Origin: Trypanosoma brucei | Taxonomy: Eukaryota | Direction: 5' to 3' | DNA: 64,000 bases | Assembly: GCA_000002445.1 (NCBI GenBank) | Contig: CM000207.1 | Span: 1,856,001-1,920,000, forward strand | In this document: piece by piece, positions 30,838 through 41,174 of the stretch | Numbering within the stretch: the stretch's first letter is position 1 | Layout: each line of letters opens with the position of its first letter | Made by a program: the position numbers and the translations under genes | The notes under the pieces: model-generated | Seen by the model: only the letters and a program-made list of their open reading frames with translations | What the model was told of the DNA's origin: nothing | The model's database searches: none

Positions 30838-33800
30838 ATGTGTGCCTTAAGGGATATCGCGTCAACTTCGCCTTTAGGTGATGCCATTCGTGACCGCATT
30901 AAGGGAGGTATAATTATTACTACTGGTGAGGGAGCTGGTTCTTCTCCAGCCTCCACAATAAACTCGAGCCCACTTGGGATGGGTAGAGGAAGTGATGATA
31001 GTGCACACAGCCCCCGCTCTGGGAATCCGCTCGGGTGGGAGGGGCTGGAGGGACAGTCCTTGCCGTTCTTTGGCACGAGGTCACGGGATGGGACGGATAC
31101 CTGTATTCACTCACATTCATATGACCAACCACATGTCTGCCCAATATCTATGGAGAGAAACCTGAGGCCAAGCAGTAGCGTTTCGTGGTTATGTGATGAA
31201 ACCTTGTCGGAGGGTTTAGCCGGCTCACCGAAATCATCATTCTCTCCACTGGTTGCTTCTCCACGGTTCGTCAACCTTCGCGATTCTGTGGTTGCGGCCT
31301 CACCATTGGACTATTCTGAAGAGCACTCACCGCGTTTCGCCAGTGGCCCTTCTGAACGAGGCGGTTCATTTTGTTCACAGTTTTCAGACAACATTGCATT
31401 AGGAAAACAGTTGCAAGGTGCCCTCGCAAACCCAACTCTGTGGTGCTCCAAGGAGGAATCACCTCGTAGCACTGCGGCGTCGCCGCACTCTCCGCGTGTT
31501 GGCTGTTCGGGAAACTGTCTGGAGAGTCCTGATCTCAAAGTTGCCTCCGCTTCTCAACCAGGTCCCGCAGCCCCCTCGCATGATCCATGGAAGAAAGCAC
31601 TACGTTGTCTTACAATTACTGCTACATTGCAAATGCTTTTATTCGTAGTGGTATTTGCGACTCATTACTTTGTGACTACATGGGTCTTAGTACAGATTCA
31701 GGCAAAATGCACAAACAGCAGTTTAGCACCAGCGCGTTGCCACACATTTATTGGGGACCGCCGGCCTCACCGTCTTGGATTCATCACCACGGAAAACTTC
31801 ACTGTTGTTGGCACATTGTCAGGTTTCGTAGCCACAGCTCTTGGAGTGATGATACTGCGGTATCTACTGTGGCATACGCTGCGTTCCTTTTCGATGGGGA
31901 CAGTAAGTTTGATTTGCCGTGTGGCGCCTTTACTACAACAAGACAAGGATGCAATTGTTTACCAACTGCAGGTGGCGACCAGTTTTTCAAGGAAAGAAGC
32001 TTCAGATGCTGGCAACAAGGAAAGGAGTGAAACCTCTCAGCCGAATGATAAGAAAACCGGTTACGCACCCAATCGTTTATGTGACCATAAAGGAGGTTCC
32101 CCCATTTGTGTGTTGGATTCGTCTTGTAACATTCCAAAAGTTAATACCAGCTATGAAAATTTCCACGAATTGGCTGGACCTGATTTTGCCGGTGGTCGCG
32201 TCCCCCTGCGTGCGGTGCGGTCACACGAGATAATCCCTGTCTCGTCTTCCCCTCTTTTAAAAAATTTGGATCGCTCGAATAAATTCTCGACACCGACTGC
32301 AGTCAGGCACAACTACTGGTCAGTAAGGGAGGTTAGGGCTTCAGATTCCACTTCCTTGAGCACTCAGCAGTCTGATGCATGTATCGATGCGTTTGCACTA
32401 CCGCGCCCCCGTGAGCTCAAAGTTTGCTGCGACGTGGAAGGTCATCCTCTGAAGACGAACTTGCACAAGCACGCAGATCCTGATAAGTTCGATTCCGCTA
32501 CAACGAACTCCTCTCAGGAGGTAACGGGTCGGAAAGAGGATACACAAGAGAGCTCATCATGCAAAACCAAGAGCGACTTCAGCACAAGTAATAGTGACCA
32601 GTTGTTGTTGGAAACATTCGGTAGCAAAAATGCGATGCTTAGCAATAGTGGTTTCTTGGCACAGCAAGTTACATTTCTTGTATGCCGATTGTTTTTGCCC
32701 GCATTGGACCTGGAAATGGAAGGCGTCGTAACGACGAAGAGGTTAAGAGCAGTGCAAGCAATGTCACAGCAATTCACGGAAGTTGTGCTGCGTGTGGCGA
32801 GGGAAGAGTTTGGTGTTCCATTTGATATTCGGTTGGACTCAGTTGTGGTGACGTTTCACACACCGTCAGGACCGAATTCTGTCAATTTGGTGAGACCACG
32901 TGATTGTGCCTTTCGTCTCGTGTCGGAACTTCAGAAGTTGGAGTCACAATGGGCCCGCACGTCCTCGTTGCCATTTGTTTGGGGAATAGCCATGCACCTT
33001 AGCCAACTATTGGTTGGCGTCATCCGCACGCCGTCTGGTCGCACATCATCCCTGTACGGTGAAGAAGTGAGGTTGGCATACCGCGTGACCGAACTTTGTC
33101 GCATTCTCGACTGTCCATTACTAATGTTGCAACCATGCTATGATGTTTTCCGCGTCTGTGTGACCGCAGTTCCCGTTGACGTGATACACCGAAGGACGTG
33201 TGGTGGAGATGTTCGGATATACTTATACGACCCCAAAGCACCAAAAGAAAGGGAATGTGTGGGAAGTTCCCGTGAGCAGTATGCCCCCCTTATGGCGGCC
33301 TTTGGGCTAATGTGTGAGAAAAGGTTCAGCCAAGCATCCGAGCAGTTGGAGAAAGTCTTGGAGTTAGATCACAACGCCCCGCGGCTACACAGGCTTTGCA
33401 AGTACCTTGCGCAGGAGCATGAAGGGGAGAAGATGAACTCTTCTCTAAGTGACATTACCAGGTACGTGCGGGAGGGCCCACAGTGGTGTGCAGTGGATAG
33501 AGAGGCTAAGAAATTTATCCGAAAGAAGATTGAAAAGGCAGGAATGAGTATTGACATGAATGCCACTTCGCTTTCCGTATCGCAATACCCATTTAACGAT
33601 GTGGTAGAACCGGGTTGTGCGCAGGGAATCAGTGAAGAGTATCGTTTGTTGCACCGGGTGGCAAATAGTTGCGCTATGATGGACTTGTCACGATTTGGGC
33701 AGTGTGAGTGCCACGTTTCCCCGCAGTATTATGCAGCACCAGGAAGTTTTCAACCGAATGAAATACAGTCGGAATGCGCATTGGTGACACTCCGTCAGAA

Positions 33801-34875
33801 TACATTGATGAATAGCAGCATTACTCGTGATGTTTGCATCGTTACGCACCAGCGTAGCTCCTCCGCCTGCGGTGTGATGCCGGAGTGTAACTACAAGAGT
33901 GACCGAACCATTGCCGTCGTTGCGCCTCCCCATGGCGAAAATACAATTCAAAACGGTGACTGTTATAACAAAGCAGAAAGACTTGAGTTTGACATTTACG
34001 GGCCAGTGGGCGCAGGTTCTTTCGGCAGGGTTTATAGAGGACTCCATCCGGATGGCAATATTGTCGCTATAAAGGAATATCCGGTGCCAAGCATGGATGA
34101 AAACAATCCGGAAATTCAATCCACATTATCAGAGATTCGGATGTTATCGGCTTCCCACCACAAAAACATTGTTCGGTACGTCGATAGATGCTTTCAAAAC
34201 GGTTGTTTGTATATCATCACTGAGTTTGTGTCTGGAGGGTCTCTCGCAGCACTCGTTGAAACATTCCACGGCCTCCCCTGTGACATTATCAGGCGCTATA
34301 CCGGTGACATACTCCGTGGGCTTCAATATCTTCACGACCGCCAAATCGTACACCGGGACATATCTCCGAACAATGTGCTCGTTAGCATTGATGGAGTGTG
34401 TAAACTGAGTGATTTTGGTGGTGCCGTGGAGTGCGCGATGCAACCACCAACTTCTGAAGATAACGTTACACTCACCAGTGATGAAAAGAGCCCCACGAGG
34501 AAGCGTACGATGGTGCTCACCACTGAAAGTGATTACTGCTCTACCGGTTCCACGACGCTGAAAACGTGCTTCGGCACACCTGTGTGTATGTCACCAGAGG
34601 CTTGCATGGGTGTAGTGGATCCAAGGAACGATATTTGGGGACTGGGAATTACACTTTGCTTTTGTGTTGCCTGCAGTTACCCGTGGTCACAGGAGGACAC
34701 AGCCGATGTGCGTTCCTTCATTAGTAAACTACGCCGTGGGTGTATTAGCCCGGAGCCGCCTTTCGACTTAATGGACGTTCACTTTGCTGATTTTGTTCGG
34801 CAGTGCCTAAAGCGAGATGCGAAGGATCGCCCATCAGCATCTGAGCTTTTGTTCCATGACTTTATGGTAAACTAA
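30838..34875 (+). CDS. Large (about 1345 aa) protein kinase with a C-terminal Ser/Thr kinase domain, a hydrophobic transmembrane-like segment near residue 265, and a central region with weak nucleotidyl-cyclase-like similarity
   Basis: Kinase subdomains are present: the Gly loop GAGSFGRV, the beta-3 Lys in VAIKEY, the catalytic loop HRDISPNN (Lys replaced by Ser), DFG, and an APE-like SPE. The activation segment is about 55 aa long. The ORF-track start at 30814 is a GTG, and the first ATG is at 30838. A TM-like stretch reads LTITATLQMLLFVVVFATHYFV. The N-terminal region is Ser/Pro-rich. Confidence 0.85.
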   Translation: MCALRDIASTSPLGDAIRDRIKGGIIITTGEGAGSSPASTINSSPLGMGRGSDDSAHSPRSGNPLGWEGLEGQSLPFFGTRSRDGTDTCIHSHSYDQPHVCPISMERNLRPSSSVSWLCDETLSEGLAGSPKSSFSPLVASPRFVNLRDSVVAASPLDYSEEHSPRFASGPSERGGSFCSQFSDNIALGKQLQGALANPTLWCSKEESPRSTAASPHSPRVGCSGNCLESPDLKVASASQPGPAAPSHDPWKKALRCLTITATLQMLLFVVVFATHYFVTTWVLVQIQAKCTNSSLAPARCHTFIGDRRPHRLGFITTENFTVVGTLSGFVATALGVMILRYLLWHTLRSFSMGTVSLICRVAPLLQQDKDAIVYQLQVATSFSRKEASDAGNKERSETSQPNDKKTGYAPNRLCDHKGGSPICVLDSSCNIPKVNTSYENFHELAGPDFAGGRVPLRAVRSHEIIPVSSSPLLKNLDRSNKFSTPTAVRHNYWSVREVRASDSTSLSTQQSDACIDAFALPRPRELKVCCDVEGHPLKTNLHKHADPDKFDSATTNSSQEVTGRKEDTQESSSCKTKSDFSTSNSDQLLLETFGSKNAMLSNSGFLAQQVTFLVCRLFLPALDLEMEGVVTTKRLRAVQAMSQQFTEVVLRVAREEFGVPFDIRLDSVVVTFHTPSGPNSVNLVRPRDCAFRLVSELQKLESQWARTSSLPFVWGIAMHLSQLLVGVIRTPSGRTSSLYGEEVRLAYRVTELCRILDCPLLMLQPCYDVFRVCVTAVPVDVIHRRTCGGDVRIYLYDPKAPKERECVGSSREQYAPLMAAFGLMCEKRFSQASEQLEKVLELDHNAPRLHRLCKYLAQEHEGEKMNSSLSDITRYVREGPQWCAVDREAKKFIRKKIEKAGMSIDMNATSLSVSQYPFNDVVEPGCAQGISEEYRLLHRVANSCAMMDLSRFGQCECHVSPQYYAAPGSFQPNEIQSECALVTLRQNTLMNSSITRDVCIVTHQRSSSACGVMPECNYKSDRTIAVVAPPHGENTIQNGDCYNKAERLEFDIYGPVGAGSFGRVYRGLHPDGNIVAIKEYPVPSMDENNPEIQSTLSEIRMLSASHHKNIVRYVDRCFQNGCLYIITEFVSGGSLAALVETFHGLPCDIIRRYTGDILRGLQYLHDRQIVHRDISPNNVLVSIDGVCKLSDFGGAVECAMQPPTSEDNVTLTSDEKSPTRKRTMVLTTESDYCSTGSTTLKTCFGTPVCMSPEACMGVVDPRNDIWGLGITLCFCVACSYPWSQEDTADVRSFISKLRRGCISPEPPFDLMDVHFADFVRQCLKRDAKDRPSASELLFHDFMVN

Positions 34876-35724
34876 AACCAATGGGTATCGTCTAGTTAAC
34901 CTGGTGACATGTAGCAGCGGGTTGGACATGAAAAGGAGGAGGTGGCAACGACACTAAAGGAAACGTTACTGAATTACCGGATTGGTTTTGCTGCTTCGCT
35001 ATGAACTTCAATTCATGACATTGCGATAAGCCGAAGATGACAACAAAAGCAAGAAAAAGGAAAGGAGAGAAAAGTGCTCTGAAATGGAGAGTAAGAGGAA
35101 AGGAGAAGGAGGAAGAGGAAGAGGAGGAAAGGGTTAACATACAATGTCAGTGATATAAATGTGGTTCCTTCCACAAATGACGGCATGTAATGGCTTTACA
35201 TTTCCTGCACAGCGTGGTCCTCATGATGGGAAAAAGGAGGGAGTGGAGCGGGTGTTGTGTGCTGTTGGTGCTACGGATACGTAAACAAACACACACACAC
35301 ACATATATATATATATTATTTGTTGAGAAGGTTTATTTTTTCCCCCCTCTGTATTTAACGAAACGGACAACTTTGTTCGGTTCCTTCTGCCGGGGATATC
35401 AACACAAAATTCACAGATGAAACTGGGAAAGGAGGAAAGCAAATGCAGTCAACGTAACAAGCTAAAACAACGGTCACGGCGTGCAATGCACATATTTTAA
35501 GAACGTGTGAAGAAAGTGCACATCTTTTACCTCCGTTTCATTATCATTAATATCATAATAATACTATTTTTTTTTTTCGTTGGTTTCGTTGTTGTTTTTG
35601 TTGTGTGATTCCATAATTTTTTTTTTTTTACCTGACCCTACTTTAACTACACAGTGCGACGCGTCTATTAAATAAAAAGTAAAAAAAAGAATATTTGTTG
35701 TGATTACCGTTCGAAAAAACTGGT

Positions 35725-35728
<4 letters not shown>

Positions 35729-35757
<29 letters not shown>
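35729..35757. repeat. Microsatellite (AT)14
   Basis: Perfect dinucleotide run. Confidence 0.95.
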
Positions 35758-35759
<2 letters not shown>

Positions 35760-35976
35760 GTGATATATTTCTTGACGAAGCGCGTGGGAACGTGGATGTG
35801 AGGTGGTGCAGGAGGTAGTTCCTCTTTTTTTTTTTTGTATCGCTTCCATCAATACCTCCATACAATATAAAAAAAACAAAAAATATACCGAATCGTTTAT
35901 GAATTAAATTAATGTATGCGTGTTCGATGTTGTTTCCGAGTTATATATGTGTACCTATATTAATAATAATAATCAT

Positions 35977-35980
<4 letters not shown>

Positions 35981-36026
<46 letters not shown>
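35981..36026. repeat. Microsatellite (AT)23
   Basis: Perfect dinucleotide run. Confidence 0.95.
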
Positions 36027-36028
<2 letters not shown>

Positions 36029-36920
36029 TAAATTTGTTTTCTGCAGTTTTTATTAAGGCGGTTGACATATTTCTTGTCTTTCTTTCCCTCCGCGAATCTG
36101 TTCAACATTGTCACCATCGTGACGTCAATAATGTCGAATTCTTTGTATATGCATAAGTGATTCAAAAAGATGGCGTGTGATCACATAACCATTTGGCGTT
36201 TTTCATTTTATATTATTGTTGTGTATGTACATATATATTTTATTACTTGTTTATTTTAATATTTATCATAAATTCTCGTTAGGGTATGACTGACCTTTCT
36301 GTTACTTTTCTTGTGTATATATGTGTCTCTTTATATTACCAATACGCGCTAGTGGCCGTCTGGAGGTGTGTACATTAAATAAAATAAAACTTGTTTATAT
36401 GTTTATACGCGTAGCGCAGCGTCCGTGTGGGGGACTGAGAAGATGGAGAAGTGGTATTTTATTTCACTATGTCGATCTCTCCCATTATTAGAGGAAGAAA
36501 ATAAAAGAGAGAATGCTTAAATACAAATTTGTGTACAATTCGAACTCTTCTCGTCACTTGTCTTTTTTTAATATGTTTATTTGTGTTATTTGAGTACTGT
36601 ACAGTAATTGGAATGACATTATTCCACTTAATTATATCATTACTTTAATTTATTATTGCTTTTAATATCATTTTTTTCTCTTTTTTTTAAAAAAATAAAG
36701 GTTGTCGAGTGCCAACACCAACGAAAAAAAAAACAGGAGGAAAAGGGAGCAATAGAACAGGCGTGGAAACGTCACAGCAGTATTTGTACTATTATACGTT
36801 TCCATACAAGAAATAACTAAAGCCTTTCATCATAAAACAAACTAAAAGAAAGGGAAGGATATACGTACGCACACAAAACGACAATTACTAAACATTTTGA
36901 AGAGAAAAAAAAAGCAGTAA

Positions 36921-37442
36921 ATGCGACAAACTGGAAGTTTTCAGCCGTTCTTCTTGCGTGGAAAAGTAGTGCATGGCAAAGGTCGGGGAGGTTCACAACT
37001 TGGTTTTCCAACCGCTAACATTGGTCTCGATAAAGATGTTATGGAGTGCTTGCAACCGTACAAAAACCTTGTGGTTTATGGATGGGGAACTGTTTCACAG
37101 GTCCCCGGAAAAGAGCGAGAGAGTTTCGGTCCTTATCCATTTGCCGCCTCTATAGGATTCAACATGCAATTTGATGAAAAAACACTTACCGTTGAGCCAT
37201 ATTTTTTGCATGAATTTGGTTGGGACTTCTACGGTGCCGTTGTGAAGATAATTGTGCTTGGGGAAATCCGAAGCATGGGTTCTTTTCATTCACTGCAGGC
37301 GCTAGTAGATACTATAAAAAGTGATGTCCAATTTACACGGGACATGTTGCAAAAACCGCAACTTCAAGAGTTCTCGCGTCACTCATTGTTTGAGTCACCC
37401 TCTTCCACCATTCCGTACTTCGAGGATCTACCCGATGAGTGA
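36921..37442 (+). CDS. Riboflavin kinase (flavokinase; FMN biosynthesis)
   Basis: Carries the flavokinase signature GKGRGGSQLGFPTANI (GxGRG...PTAN). Conserved downstream elements are also present: YGWGTV, EPYFLHEFGWDFYG and the C-terminal helix FHSLQALVDTIKSDV. Length is 173 aa. Confidence 0.8.
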   Translation: MRQTGSFQPFFLRGKVVHGKGRGGSQLGFPTANIGLDKDVMECLQPYKNLVVYGWGTVSQVPGKERESFGPYPFAASIGFNMQFDEKTLTVEPYFLHEFGWDFYGAVVKIIVLGEIRSMGSFHSLQALVDTIKSDVQFTRDMLQKPQLQEFSRHSLFESPSSTIPYFEDLPDE

Positions 37443-38018
37443 ACCCTCAATTCTTCTCAGTCATGGTGAATATGAAGTTGAGACTGAATGGTAAGAGGAG
37501 GCATCCTTATTATTATTATTATTACTATTATTATTGTTTGTCTTATTTTATCGTCAAAGTTGATACATATATCCGACAAGTCGCGTGTTTGTATATATAT
37601 ATATATGTGACAGTGTATTGACATCGCAATACGTGCTTTGATGAGTGTGTGCATCACATTCTCCTTTATCCCCTTTTCGTGTAGCGAAAAACCATATATT
37701 CAGGCAGGCGTGTGGGGCGCAGAGAAAAAAGAAGTAAACTAAAGTGACAGCGGTGAGCGAGTTGAAATGAGTTTGTAGTCCCCACTTTTTCGACCAGAGG
37801 GAGAAAGAGAAACAGTTTTCGCAGTTTGTGATTTATTTTTGAGTTGCTTGTTGATGTTTGTATGTGCGGTTAGGTTTCGCTTCTTCTTTGTGCTTACGGT
37901 ACAAATGTTTTTATACCTCCTTTTTTAACCATTTATATTAGTATCCCCTTTACTCATTTTATCTTGTAGAATCCCATTTTGTGTATATCGTTATTATCAT
38001 TATTATCACTATAGCTTG

Positions 38019-38720
38019 ATGTACAACTCTGGCGGGGAGGTGCGCTCCTATGCTCAGCGCGTGTTCGCCTTGTATAGTCGTGAAAATGTTCTTTCAGTTT
38101 CACGCTTCTGCCTTGCCTGGTACGTATTGTGGGGAAAACAACCGAATCCAACCGTAACGGAACTACTCTTTGGTCGGTGTGATGCCTCTGGTGATGGAAA
38201 CGTGACAAAATATCCGAAGGAAATCTGTGAGGAGGGTTATGCGGCCCCCTTGAGGGGCTCTTCAAGTGATTATTGTAAACGACCTTCAGGTGTTAACACC
38301 GTCGCGGTTGGTGCTTCAGTGCCGCCCAATGCAACTCTACAAAGACGAATATCTGAGGAAGAGTTTGTACGGTTTGCTGTTGCATATTATGACTCCATGG
38401 GGAATGACGCCTCAGACTTGAGTGACGTGCCGGGAGCAGCAAATCCATTTCATGCCGTCCCACGGGTTGCGCATTGGGCCCACTTCATCGCACTGGCTGG
38501 TGACAAGGGATATGTGACGTTACAGGATATTTTAGAAACGGAAAATGTTGCGTGGCTGCGACCCCCTGAATATGAAGATGGCGACGTAAATCCAAAAGGT
38601 GTGCGAGGCGGCGGACGTGCCGCTTTACTCTCCCACGCATTTGCTATTGCAGATAGTAACAAGGATGGAAAAGTAGTATTTGGCGACGTGGAAAATTATA
38701 TGCGACCATTATCATCGTGA
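38019..38720 (+). CDS. Hypothetical 233-aa protein with a possible single C-terminal EF-hand-like loop
   Basis: The ORF-track start at 38016 is a TTG, and the first ATG is at 38019. DSNKDGKVVFGDVENYM fits the EF-hand loop positions 1, 3, 5, 6, 8 and 12 (D, N, D, G, V, D). An earlier DASGDGNVTKY is imperfect. No other recognisable family. Confidence 0.5.
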   Translation: MYNSGGEVRSYAQRVFALYSRENVLSVSRFCLAWYVLWGKQPNPTVTELLFGRCDASGDGNVTKYPKEICEEGYAAPLRGSSSDYCKRPSGVNTVAVGASVPPNATLQRRISEEEFVRFAVAYYDSMGNDASDLSDVPGAANPFHAVPRVAHWAHFIALAGDKGYVTLQDILETENVAWLRPPEYEDGDVNPKGVRGGGRAALLSHAFAIADSNKDGKVVFGDVENYMRPLSS

Positions 38721-38976
38721 AGGAACTGCGGTAAGTTATATTTTCCCTACTGCGCGCGTGTTCGTGTTGTTGTTGTAAAATATTGCGATGGGGTCGAGAA
38801 AGGAGTAAGTGTCTTTGGAGAGAGACTACTTTCTGACCCAAGTTTCCCGTTAAGTATGACTCTTTTCATATGCGCTCTACTCCGTTAACAAGCGTCTCCA
38901 CTACATTTACCGTAGCTAACCAATACACGACTACCCGTGCACATTTCTCCTCTGTTTCTTCACATGAAGGAATCAC

Positions 38977-40242
38977 ATGCCGGAGGTCGGCACTCAAGTT
39001 TACTGGTATGATTTTGAGGACGCTCCACCTCCATGGAAGAATGAGGAGGAACTGGCGAAAATGCTGGAGCTAAGCTCCTCCATCGAAGGTCCAATCAGTG
39101 ATGCGCGGCATATGCTTGTGCAACCCCGTGAGGTATATATTAGCATGCGTACAAAACTACGGAACAGACAACAACCATGCAATAGATATTGGAGCATTGT
39201 TCTTGAACCACACTTCGGCCCTCTGCTTGGAATGAATATGGTGATGCGCGAGTTGAAAGTGGAAATGGTTACTCGCGAGGAAGCTGAGGAAGCAGTGAAT
39301 GGTGTGGTAGAGGAGTTCAACGCAATGAGTCAATTATATTCTGCAACGGATGGTGCAAATGACGGGTTGGGTACGGCGCTCTCAGGCAAATCTGCACAAG
39401 CTATGGATGTGAAGGTTGCTCCTTTTCTTGAAGTGGTCAGAAAACTTTGCGAACCTCGAAACTTGGACGTGGTCGAATGGAACAGGGATGAGTTGCGCCG
39501 CAGGGGACGAATTGCTTTCACGGATTTGCTGTATCACAAGCGTGTCGTAATGATTGTAGATACCTCCAAACCTCATTTCTTGATTTGCCTTCCCGTGACG
39601 CACAAGAAAAGACTGACAGACAAGAGAGAAGTGTACTGCATGCAATTGCTTGCTCCAACTGCCAGCCCTGTCCCTTGGAGACGCCTCACGAAATACGCAC
39701 TGGTGAGTCCGCGGGCGCGTGAATTTGTTATTATTACCATCACGAAGAGGGACAGCGTAAAAAACAGTAATTTGTCTATCGACGTCATTGGTGCTGCACC
39801 TGAGGCGAAATCAGCATCGCAAAAAGATTTGGAGGATGGGGAGGATGGTGATTATGACGATGAAGAGGCTGAAGACGAATATGACAACGATGATGATGAT
39901 GATGAAGAGGATGACGGGGATGAGGATGAAAATAGCAATGACGGTGACAACCGACCTCGTAAGCGTGCACGCGTCGCTGATAGCGTTGATAACTCGGAGA
40001 CTGACTCGCTTAACAACAATGAAGATTACCCGTTTTTGGATGAGATTGACGCATACGAGAGGATGAGAACCGGATCAGCGCCAATTTTTTCTGCGGAGGA
40101 CCGTGTGCTGGATGACCCGTTGTTCAATACACCAGTTGCTACTTATCGAAGGGCGTCGCGTGCAACTCGAGAGGGGCGTGATTGGGTATATCGCTTCACC
40201 CACCAAAATGATAGGAATAAACTTTTCGCTCTAACTAATTGA
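38977..40242 (+). CDS. Hypothetical 421-aa protein with a poly-acidic (D/E) tract of about 60 aa followed by an NLS-like RPRKRARV, possibly a nuclear acidic or chaperone-like protein
   Basis: A long ORF with an ordinary amino-acid composition in its N-terminal 270 aa. It is followed by DGEDGDYDDEEAEDEYDNDDDDDEEDDGDEDENSNDGDN and then RPRKRARV. Confidence 0.6.
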   Translation: MPEVGTQVYWYDFEDAPPPWKNEEELAKMLELSSSIEGPISDARHMLVQPREVYISMRTKLRNRQQPCNRYWSIVLEPHFGPLLGMNMVMRELKVEMVTREEAEEAVNGVVEEFNAMSQLYSATDGANDGLGTALSGKSAQAMDVKVAPFLEVVRKLCEPRNLDVVEWNRDELRRRGRIAFTDLLYHKRVVMIVDTSKPHFLICLPVTHKKRLTDKREVYCMQLLAPTASPVPWRRLTKYALVSPRAREFVIITITKRDSVKNSNLSIDVIGAAPEAKSASQKDLEDGEDGDYDDEEAEDEYDNDDDDDEEDDGDEDENSNDGDNRPRKRARVADSVDNSETDSLNNNEDYPFLDEIDAYERMRTGSAPIFSAEDRVLDDPLFNTPVATYRRASRATREGRDWVYRFTHQNDRNKLFALTN

Positions 40243-41174
40243 TAGTGCGTGCACCGTTCGTGTTTCCGTCCTTTCTCCTTCTTACTGCACTCCCCTTTGT
40301 TTTTCTCGTTGAGCAGCGCAAAAGTAATTACTTTTTTTCTTTTCATTTTACCAACATTGTGCGAGGAAAGGGAAAAAAAGAATCGCGGTTAAAAGAATAG
40401 AACGAGGAAATGAAATGACACCCAATCTGTGGGGAGGCGATGCGGGAAAGGGGAGGAGAAGCGGGTTTGCGAGAAGGGAATGGGAGATGAAGTCATTCGT
40501 TTGTGTGTTGGGGGGGGGGGCTGCGAAGGAAAATGGAGACGGAAAGGGGGGACGGTTTTCGTAAATAAAAAAATGTTGATTATATTTATTTATATTTACG
40601 TTTATACAATCGATTTTATTTCATTTTATTTTTGTCACCGCTATCCTGCTGTTTTAATAATATTCCTCCATTTTTTTATTGGCGTGTGTCTTAAGAAGAC
40701 ACACTTTATTCCCCGAGTGATGTGTTACTGTGTGCAGCAAAATGACCTTGGCTGCATTTTTTTTTCGTTTTCTTCCCGTTCCCGTTCCCATCCCTTGTCT
40801 TTCTGTTATTTAGACTTTTCATTTACCTTAACCAGAATGCACTCCCGGTGTAATGTTGTTGATTCTTGCATTTGCGGACACCCCTTACCGAGACGTTGCA
40901 TCGGCGTTGCAGTGTTCTTACTGTTCTTTTCCTTTTTTTCATATCTCCGTTATGTCCTATTATTATTATTATCCCGTAAGTTGCTTTGCTCTTGCCCTTC
41001 CCCCTCCTCCCCCCAGTTGTCGCTCTCTCGCTCTCTCTGAAATTCTGCGTTCTACTTAATATTTGCACTGACTTTCTCTTTCCGTATATCTACATGTGTG
41101 CTTATATCTTCGTATTGACGGTATCCCATGCGCTAAAAAAAAGTGCTTTGGAAAATAGAAGGTAACGTAGGGGA

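Noticed and set aside
40429-41040. 203-aa ORF downstream of the acidic-protein gene
   Set aside because: It translates G-runs, T-runs and CT repeats (GGGGCEGK, FIYIYVY, LSLSRSL), so it is UTR sequence.
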